DNA of 64,000 nucleotides from Chitinophaga niabensis (GTDB lineage Bacteria; Bacteroidota; Bacteroidia; Chitinophagales; Chitinophagaceae): NCBI GenBank assembly GCA_017849435.1, contig JAFIGY010000020.1, positions 119,425 to 183,424 of the forward strand, read 5' to 3'. Shown piece by piece: positions 18,424 to 24,861 of this stretch (position 1 is its first letter; each line of letters starts with the position of its first letter). The notes under the pieces were generated by a model. It saw only the letters and a program-made list of their open reading frames with translations, ran no database searches and was not told where the DNA came from. The position numbers and the translations under genes were made by a program.

Positions 18424-19857
18424 ATGACCCAACACGCTCCTTCTTTCAAACCCTCGCTGGGTTTACTCGATGCCACGATGATAGTGGCCGGCAGTATGAT
18501 CGGTTCCGGGATTTTCATTGTGAGTGCCGATATTACACGGCACACCGGCAGTTCCGGCTGGTTATTACTGGTATGGCTGATCACGGGGTTCATGACATTA
18601 ACGGCCGCCCTGAGCTATGGTGAGCTGAGCGCTATGTTTCCTAAGGCCGGCGGGCAGTACGTCTATCTAAAGGAAGCTTATAATCCGCTGACGGCGTTCG
18701 TATACGGATGGAGCTTTTTCACGGTGATACAAACGGCCACCATCGCTGCGGTGGGTGTGGCCTTCGCCAAGTTTACGGCTTATCTGGCGCCGGTTTTCAG
18801 TGAGGACAACATCCTTGCGGAAGCGGGCGGCTTAAAGATATCCGCCGCGCAACTCTTATCCATCGCGGTCATCCTGCTGCTGACATTCATTAATACACGG
18901 GGTATCAAAAGCGGCAAACTTGTGCAGACCACCCTCACGATCATCAAGCTGATGAGCCTTGCTGCGTTGATCGCATGCGGACTGATATTCCTGCGGCCGG
19001 ACGTATGGTCCGCTAACTGGCAGGCCCCCTTCGCCCTCCGCCCCCTCCCTTCCTCCGGCTCCCCCGTCCCATACACGCTCATGGCCGCACTCGGCGCTAT
19101 GGCCGCTGCCATGGTAGGGTCCATTTTCAGCAGCGATTCCTGGCACAACGTTGCCTTCATCGCCGGCGAAATCCGCAACCCGAAAAAGAACATCGGGATG
19201 AGCCTCTTTCTCGGCACCCTTATCGTCACGATCCTCTACATACTTGCTAATATCACTTACCTCGCCGTACTGCCGCTACACGATATTGCCTTCGCGGAAA
19301 AAGAACGGGTAGCCGTTGCCGTTTCACAGGTGATGTTCGGGAAAGCAGGCACCCTCATGATCGCAGCCATGATCATGATCTCCACTTTTGGCTGCAACAA
19401 CGGCCTGATCCTTGCCGGGGCCAGAGTGTATCATACGATGGCGAACGACGGCCTTTTCTTCCGAAGGGCAGGCCGGCTGAATGAAGCTGCCGTTCCGTCA
19501 TTCGCCCTCTGGATACAATGCGTGGTGGCCTGTGCATGGAGCATCAGCGGTAAATACGGGCAGCTGCTGGATATGATCTCCTTTGTAGTAGTTGGATTTT
19601 ATATGCTCACAATCGCCGGCATCTTCATCCTTCGCAAAAAAAGACCGGATATCGAACGGCCTTACAAGGCATTCGGATATCCGGTGCTTCCGGTGATCTA
19701 TATCGTGATGGGACTTTCCTTCTGTCTCCTGCTGATCTTTTACAAACCCGGTTTCACCTGGCCGGGCCTTATTATCGCGCTGGCGGGTATTCCGGTCTAT
19801 TATCTCACCACCGCCAGGAACAGGGCGCTTATTTCACCCCAAACCGGTACACGGTAG
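18424..19857 (+). CDS. APC superfamily amino acid permease
   Basis: The preferred start is MTQHAPSF at 18424; the ORF-track start at 18373 is a TTG. About 12 hydrophobic segments are present, with an N-terminal GSMIGSGIF motif typical of APC/LAT-type transporters. Confidence 0.85.
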   Translation: MTQHAPSFKPSLGLLDATMIVAGSMIGSGIFIVSADITRHTGSSGWLLLVWLITGFMTLTAALSYGELSAMFPKAGGQYVYLKEAYNPLTAFVYGWSFFTVIQTATIAAVGVAFAKFTAYLAPVFSEDNILAEAGGLKISAAQLLSIAVILLLTFINTRGIKSGKLVQTTLTIIKLMSLAALIACGLIFLRPDVWSANWQAPFALRPLPSSGSPVPYTLMAALGAMAAAMVGSIFSSDSWHNVAFIAGEIRNPKKNIGMSLFLGTLIVTILYILANITYLAVLPLHDIAFAEKERVAVAVSQVMFGKAGTLMIAAMIMISTFGCNNGLILAGARVYHTMANDGLFFRRAGRLNEAAVPSFALWIQCVVACAWSISGKYGQLLDMISFVVVGFYMLTIAGIFILRKKRPDIERPYKAFGYPVLPVIYIVMGLSFCLLLIFYKPGFTWPGLIIALAGIPVYYLTTARNRALISPQTGTR

Positions 19858-20965
19858 TTTGCGTATACCGCTCTCCCGGTTTCAGGATCGTGTTCGGGAA
19901 AGAAGGTTGATTCGGAGAGTCCGGGAAATGCTGCGCTTCCAGGCAAAGGCCGGCATGTTTTCCGTACCGGGCCCCTTTTCGTGTATGCGTGAGCGTTCCA
20001 TCCAGGAAATTCCCGGTGTAGAACTGAATGCCGGGCTCGGATGTAGCGATCGTCATCATACGGCCGCTGACAGGATCATAGAGTGTGCCCACTTTTGCAA
20101 AACCGTTCTTGGAGAACACCCAGTTATGGTCATAGCCGCCTTTCACTTCCCCGATATGTTCTCCGATGCGGGTTTCTTTTGTGAAATCCATCGGCGTGCC
20201 TTGTACCGGCACTATTTTACCGGTAGGGATCAGCTGGTCATTCACCGGTGTGAAATTTGGTGCATCCAGCTGCAGGATGTGCCCGAGGATGGTGGAGTCC
20301 TTACCGGCAGAAAGGTTGAAATAGGTATGTTGCGTGAGGTTCACGGGCGTGGGCTTGTCGGATGTGGCGAGGTATTCCAGTTTGAGGGCGTTATCCGCCG
20401 TTAAAGTGTAGATCACCTTGGCCTGAAGCGTACCGGGATATCCTTCTTCACCATCTTTGCTGGTGTATTCAAGCAACAAACTGCTGTCACCGGGCAGGGA
20501 CGTCACTTTCCAGACCACTTTGTCGAAGCCTTTCAGGCCGCCGTGCAGGGAGTTCCCATGATCATTGGCAGCAAGCCTGTACGCGGAATCCAGCCTGAAT
20601 GTGGCTTTCGCGATACGGTTGGCATAACGGCCTACGAGGGTACCGAAATAGGGATTGCCTTTCTGCAGATAACCTGCCAGCGAATCGTAGGACAGTACCA
20701 CGTTTCCTATGGAACCATTGCGGTCCGGCGTAAGGATGTCCGTGATCACACCACCATAATTCAATACTTTTACCACCATGCCATGTGCATTGGTGAGCGT
20801 ATACTGCCATACGGTATCTCCTTCGAAACTGCCGTACTGTAGCGGACCCGAAGTCTTCAGGGAATCCGCTGCGGGTTTCTTTTCTGCGGATGGGCTGTTA
20901 CAGGCGGATGTAATGATCAGACCGCTTGCGATAAGCGTCATAACGCCGGGAATTTTTTTCAACAT
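19829..20965 (-). CDS. galM: Aldose 1-epimerase (galactose mutarotase family) with lipoprotein signal
   Basis: Motifs NSLHGG, TQHTYFNL and GLCLEAQHFPDSPN are present. The N-terminus MLKKIPGVMTLIASGLIITSAC looks like a lipobox. The 3' end overlaps the permease 3' end by 29 nt. Confidence 0.85.
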   Translation of the reverse strand: MLKKIPGVMTLIASGLIITSACNSPSAEKKPAADSLKTSGPLQYGSFEGDTVWQYTLTNAHGMVVKVLNYGGVITDILTPDRNGSIGNVVLSYDSLAGYLQKGNPYFGTLVGRYANRIAKATFRLDSAYRLAANDHGNSLHGGLKGFDKVVWKVTSLPGDSSLLLEYTSKDGEEGYPGTLQAKVIYTLTADNALKLEYLATSDKPTPVNLTQHTYFNLSAGKDSTILGHILQLDAPNFTPVNDQLIPTGKIVPVQGTPMDFTKETRIGEHIGEVKGGYDHNWVFSKNGFAKVGTLYDPVSGRMMTIATSEPGIQFYTGNFLDGTLTHTRKGARYGKHAGLCLEAQHFPDSPNQPSFPNTILKPGERYTQTTVYRFGVK

Positions 20966-21092
20966 GATGCTGCTTGTTTAAAGTGTTAACATGGTTGATC
21001 CTTTAAATATCAGGATTTATTCCGAGAATTTTCTTTCAAATTCCGATATAAATTGTCATGTAAACACTTATCGATCAATATCCGCATACAAT

Positions 21093-21108
21093 CGGCCAAT
21101 AATTGAAA
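21093..21108 (+). promoter_or_regulatory. Shared 16-nt motif CGGYYAATAATTGAAA, copy 2 (upstream of second GH127-like gene)
   Basis: CGGCCAATAATTGAAA. TATTTTTAAG (21131-21140) begins exactly 38 nt downstream of the motif start, as in copy 1. Confidence 0.4.
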
Positions 21109-21161
21109 GGCGCCTGCTGCCATTCCATGCTATTTTTAAGGAACAGAACAAGCCGGATCAT

Positions 21162-22631
21162 ATGAACAAATCATTTATCACTTCCCTGTTATTTTGCTGT
21201 ACGGGCGCATTCGGACAATCTTATGTGCCGGAATGGAAAGATGTAACGATGAAAGTGCAGCCGCAGGCAAACATCCATGCTTACGCATTCCCGCTGGAAG
21301 AGGTTCGCCTGCTGGAAAGTCCTTTTTACACCGCGATGCAGGCTGAAGCGCAGTATTTGTTGAAGATCGGGCCGGACCGGCTGCTGGCCGATTTTCGCGC
21401 GCATGCAGGATTAGCGCCTAAAGGGGAAAAATATGGCGGATGGGAATCATCCGGACTTGCGGGACATACACTGGGGCATTATCTCTCTGCCTGTGCCCTG
21501 CAATATGCCGCCACCGGAGATGTTGCATTTCTTCAAAGAGTGAATTATATCGTGGATGAACTGGAAGCTTGTCAACATGCCCGCAAAACAGGCTATATCG
21601 GCGCGATCCCGAATGAAGACAGTGTATGGGCGCAGGTGGCGGCGGGCAACATCCGCACACGCGGTTTCGACCTCAATGGCGCCTGGGCTCCCTGGTATAC
21701 CGTGCACAAGATCATGGCTGGCCTCCTCGACGCAAAACGCTATTGTAATAACGCCAAAGCCCTCACCCTCGCGATCAAACTGGCAGACTGGACGGGCAAC
21801 ACCATCAAAGATCTCAATGACGATCAGTTGCAACGCATGCTCTTCTGCGAGTACGGTGGTATGAGCGAAACCCTCGTTAACACGTATGCCTACACCGGTC
21901 ATTCAAAATATCTTGAGCTGTCCCGCCGCTTTTACGACAAAAGGATTCTGGACTCCCTCGCCGCAGGCATCGATATACTCCCCGGAAAACATGCCAACAC
22001 ACAGATCCCGAAAGTGATCGCCGCCATTCGCCGTCACGAGCTCACGCTGGATGCCCGGGACGCCCGCATTGCAACGTTCTTCTGGCAAACCGTTACGCAA
22101 CACCATTCTTATGCGACGGGAGGGAACAGTAACTATGAGTATTTCGGGCCGGCGGATCAGCTGAATGAAACGCTGACGGACAACACCACCGAAACCTGCA
22201 ACACTTACAACATGCTGAAGCTCACACGGCATCTGTTTGCCCTGCAGCCGGAGGCGCGTTATATGGATTATTATGAAAAAGCACTGTACAATCACATCCT
22301 GGCTTCCCAGGACCACGAAAGCGGCATGGTCTGCTATTTTGTACCATTGCGGATGGGCGGTACCAAGGCATACAGCGACCCCTGGCATTCCTTCACCTGC
22401 TGCGTGGGTTCCGGTATGGAGAACCATGTGAAATACGGCGAAAGCATTTATTTCAGGGGAAGAGACGGCAGCCTGTATGTTAATCTCTTCATCCCCTCCG
22501 TGCTTCACTGGAAGGAAAAGGGGCTGCAGATCAGGCAGGAAAGCGCCCTTCCGGCCGCCGGAACAATCCGGCTCACGGTAACGGCCAAACGTCCGGAGAC
22601 CTTCGCCCTCCGCATTCGCCATCCCCGCTGA
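21162..22631 (+). CDS. N-terminal fragment (catalytic domain) of the interrupted GH127/146-like gene
   Basis: Contains the E-x-C (TTETCNTY) and C-C (FTCCVGSGMENH) motifs. It ends at the TGA at 22629-22631. Confidence 0.6.
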   Translation: MNKSFITSLLFCCTGAFGQSYVPEWKDVTMKVQPQANIHAYAFPLEEVRLLESPFYTAMQAEAQYLLKIGPDRLLADFRAHAGLAPKGEKYGGWESSGLAGHTLGHYLSACALQYAATGDVAFLQRVNYIVDELEACQHARKTGYIGAIPNEDSVWAQVAAGNIRTRGFDLNGAWAPWYTVHKIMAGLLDAKRYCNNAKALTLAIKLADWTGNTIKDLNDDQLQRMLFCEYGGMSETLVNTYAYTGHSKYLELSRRFYDKRILDSLAAGIDILPGKHANTQIPKVIAAIRRHELTLDARDARIATFFWQTVTQHHSYATGGNSNYEYFGPADQLNETLTDNTTETCNTYNMLKLTRHLFALQPEARYMDYYEKALYNHILASQDHESGMVCYFVPLRMGGTKAYSDPWHSFTCCVGSGMENHVKYGESIYFRGRDGSLYVNLFIPSVLHWKEKGLQIRQESALPAAGTIRLTVTAKRPETFALRIRHPR

Positions 22632-22652
22632 GCTTCCCATGCCACTATACGT

Positions 22653-23510
22653 GTGAACGGAAAGCCGCAGCAATTGTCTCCCGACACATCGGGTTATTTT
22701 GTATTGCAGCGCAAATGGCAGGATAAAGACGAAGTGATCCTGCAACTGTCCTCCACGCTTTACACGGAAGCCATGCCGGACAATCCCTCCCGCCAGGCCA
22801 TCTTCTACGGTCCGGTGCTGCTGGCCGGTTTATTGGGAGAACAGGAACCCGATCCTGTGAGCGGTGTACCGGTTTTTGTGACCAGCCGGCCCGACGTCAG
22901 CCATTGGGTGCAATCCACGGGCAATGCTACTGCAACATTCCATTCCTCCGGAACCGGCATACCCGGGGATGTACAACTTGTGCCTTTTTACGATACAAAA
23001 AAACAGTACTACAGCGTATATTGGGATGTGTTTACGCCGGCGTCCTGGGCCGCTCAGCAGCAAATATATGAGCAGCGCAAAAAAGAAGCGCGGGAGCTGG
23101 AAACTCATACCGTGGATGTATTAAGGCCCGGAGAGATGCAGCCGGAGCGGGATCATGCTTTTACGGGAGAAAAGTTGCATACGGAAGAGGAGCACGGACG
23201 GAAATGGCGGGTGGCATGGCCCGGAGGGTATTTTTCCTTCACCATGAAAGTGGCGCCGGATGGGTCTAATACACTCATCTGCTCCTATTGGGGAATGGAT
23301 AACCGCGGCAGGGTTTTCGATATACAGATAGATGGCGTTACGATCGCTACCGAAGATCTGAATCGTTACAAAGCCAGCAAGTTTTACGATATTCGCTACA
23401 AAATACCGCGAAACCTGACAAATGGCAAGCTATCCGTTACCGTAAAGTTCGCTCCCAGGTCCCAAAACAGTGCGGGGCCGTTGTACGGCTGCCGGATGAT
23501 CAAAGATTGA
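22653..23510 (+). CDS. C-terminal fragment (beta-sandwich domains) of the interrupted GH127/146-like gene
   Basis: Same frame as the upstream fragment. The ORF-track start is a GTG inside the conserved RVNGKP segment, so independent translation is doubtful. Confidence 0.45.
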   Translation: MNGKPQQLSPDTSGYFVLQRKWQDKDEVILQLSSTLYTEAMPDNPSRQAIFYGPVLLAGLLGEQEPDPVSGVPVFVTSRPDVSHWVQSTGNATATFHSSGTGIPGDVQLVPFYDTKKQYYSVYWDVFTPASWAAQQQIYEQRKKEARELETHTVDVLRPGEMQPERDHAFTGEKLHTEEEHGRKWRVAWPGGYFSFTMKVAPDGSNTLICSYWGMDNRGRVFDIQIDGVTIATEDLNRYKASKFYDIRYKIPRNLTNGKLSVTVKFAPRSQNSAGPLYGCRMIKD

Positions 23511-23541
23511 CTACTTTTAACCACGCGATAAACTGACTGAC

Positions 23542-24252
23542 GTGAAAATAACCCAGTACTCAGGAAAAAACAGGATGCTGCTGGCAATAGACTGCATCAT
23601 TTTCGGATTTGACGGAACAGACCTGAAACTGCTCCTGATTAAAAGAGGATTTGATCCGGAAAAAGGCCGCTGGAGCCTGATGGGCGGATTTGTGCAACAG
23701 AAGGAAACACTCGACAAAGCTGCTTCACGGATATTGAAGGAATTGACGGGACTGGAAGACGTATATATGGAACAGTTATATGCCTTCGGAGAAGTGGAAC
23801 GTGATCCCATTGAAAGAACAATATCCGTTGTCTACTCCAGCCTGATCGACATCAATAAATACAAAAAGCAGATCAATAACGACTATCATTCCGAATGGTT
23901 TCCGCTAAAAAAAATTCCTTCCCTGATCTTTGATCATCGGGATATGGTGGAGATGGCCAAGGAGAAACTGCGTTATAAGGCGGCCTTCCACCCCATTGTA
24001 TTCGAGATGCTGCCGGAGAAATTCACCCTGCCACAACTGCAAAGTCTATACGAAGGAATTTACGGCTCCCTGCTGGACAAACGGAATTTCTCGCGAAAAG
24101 TACTGTCAACCGGACTGTTGATCAAGCAAAAGGATAAAGAGCGACAAAGCTCGAAACGCGGTGCTTTTTATTACAAACTCGATAAACGGAAATACCAGAC
24201 AAAATTCAACGCATTCCTCAATTTCATTCCAAATCCCAATAATCTGAATTGA
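23542..24252 (+). CDS. Nudix-fold transcriptional regulator (NrtR/AraR-like: degenerate Nudix domain + C-terminal winged helix)
   Basis: 236 aa (GTG start; an alternative ATG lies at 23575). The Nudix box reads GFVQQKETLDKAASRILKELTGL, so REUxEE is degenerated to RILKEL. The C-terminal roughly 90 aa (FTLPQLQSLYEGIYGSLLDKRNFSRKV) resemble the NrtR wHTH. It starts 32 nt after the GH127-like gene. Confidence 0.7.
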   Translation: MKITQYSGKNRMLLAIDCIIFGFDGTDLKLLLIKRGFDPEKGRWSLMGGFVQQKETLDKAASRILKELTGLEDVYMEQLYAFGEVERDPIERTISVVYSSLIDINKYKKQINNDYHSEWFPLKKIPSLIFDHRDMVEMAKEKLRYKAAFHPIVFEMLPEKFTLPQLQSLYEGIYGSLLDKRNFSRKVLSTGLLIKQKDKERQSSKRGAFYYKLDKRKYQTKFNAFLNFIPNPNNLN

Positions 24253-24382
24253 TCTCACTGCAGCGAACATTCATTGCCGGCAAAGCTGTTTTACAACTCT
24301 TTCATCATCCTCTCTTATACACAATGCCTATCGACTTCAACCATGCTATGAACTTCCTGGTTGGAATCGGCTTAAAGCCCAT
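24224..24382 (-). pseudogene. hicA: Possible degraded hicA toxin gene
   Basis: The minus strand reads MGFKPIPTRKFIAWLKSIGIVYKRG, then TGA TGA, then in frame KSCKTALPAMNVRCSEINSDYWDLE. The N-terminus resembles the HicA pattern (E. coli SEFRRWLESQG), and the tandem stops fall where the G-S-x-H catalytic segment would be. This is recognition from memory only. Confidence 0.3.
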
Positions 24383-24427
24383 ATAAAACAGGTTAACAAA
24401 CGAAAAATAAATGGTGCGATGAAAAGG

Positions 24428-24799
24428 CTAACAGGCGGCGGGAGTGATGGGGAACAACGTTCTCTCTACTGTGATATGGGCGGGTTTTACCTGCAGTTGC
24501 TCGCTTACCTGCCTGGCAGTATACACGGGAGGATCATACACCGGCTTGGGCATATACTGAAGTTTCCAGCCCAGACCGATCAGGACTTTCTCCAATGTAC
24601 CTTTGGCAGTAGTATCATTGACAAAGATACGAACTGCTTCATCAAATGCCTGATGTGCATCTTCCCGGGAATCTCCGTAGGAAGATAAATTAAGGGCAGG
24701 GCAGTACACAACCCAGTACCCGCCTTCTTTTGCAAAAAAAATATCTACTTCTACCGTCATATTTTTTCCGTAAGTAAAAAGCCATTGACTATGTTGCAT
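24428..24799 (-). CDS. hicB: HicB-like antitoxin (UPF0150 fold)
   Basis: The core MTVEVDIFFAKEGGYWVVYCPALNLSSYGDSREDAHQAFDEAVRIFV matches the HicB N-domain pattern. The true start may be the ATG at 24760. Confidence 0.6.
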   Translation of the reverse strand: MQHSQWLFTYGKNMTVEVDIFFAKEGGYWVVYCPALNLSSYGDSREDAHQAFDEAVRIFVNDTTAKGTLEKVLIGLGWKLQYMPKPVYDPPVYTARQVSEQLQVKPAHITVERTLFPITPAAC

Positions 24800-24861
24800 G
24801 GTTAGTAAGTTTGTTTACAATGCAACCTAGCTAAAATTTAGCAGTGCGAAAAAAATAAATT

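Larger units (their letters stand above)
21162..23510 (+). pseudogene. GH127/GH146-like beta-L-arabinofuranosidase (DUF1680) gene interrupted by one in-frame TGA
   Basis: ORFs 20991-22631 and 22653-23510 share one frame (offset 1662 nt). The read-through translation is ...FALRIRHPR*ASHATIRVNGKPQQL, and the paralog at the same place reads RIRIPGWA, so the TGA (22629-22631) sits at a conserved Trp codon. The likely true start is MNKSFITSLLFCCTGAFGQ (signal peptide) at 21162. Confidence 0.65.

Noticed and set aside
20991-21161. Long N-terminal extension of the GH127-like ORF; similar extensions at 1767-1799, 43763-43849, 43723-43830, 39165-39236 and 61947-62012
   Set aside because: The extensions run through AT-rich promoter-like sequence or overlap neighbouring genes. 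Internal ATGs give canonical signal peptides or family-typical N-termini.
22629-22631. TGA as a selenocysteine codon or alternative genetic code
   Set aside because: The paralog has Trp, not Cys or Sec, at this position. I see no SECIS-like hairpin directly downstream. Many other genes in the window clearly terminate at TGA, so code 11 applies.
21903-22745. 280-aa minus-strand ORF spanning the TGA interruption of the GH127-like gene
   Set aside because: I considered that it might be the real gene at the break point. However, it has no motifs, and the plus-strand frame shows conserved GH127 sequence on both sides of the stop.
24830-24842. Palindrome GCTAAAATTTAGC as a terminator of the DUF885 gene
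   Set aside because: The stem is AT-rich and the central loop would be a single nucleotide, so a stable terminator hairpin is unlikely.
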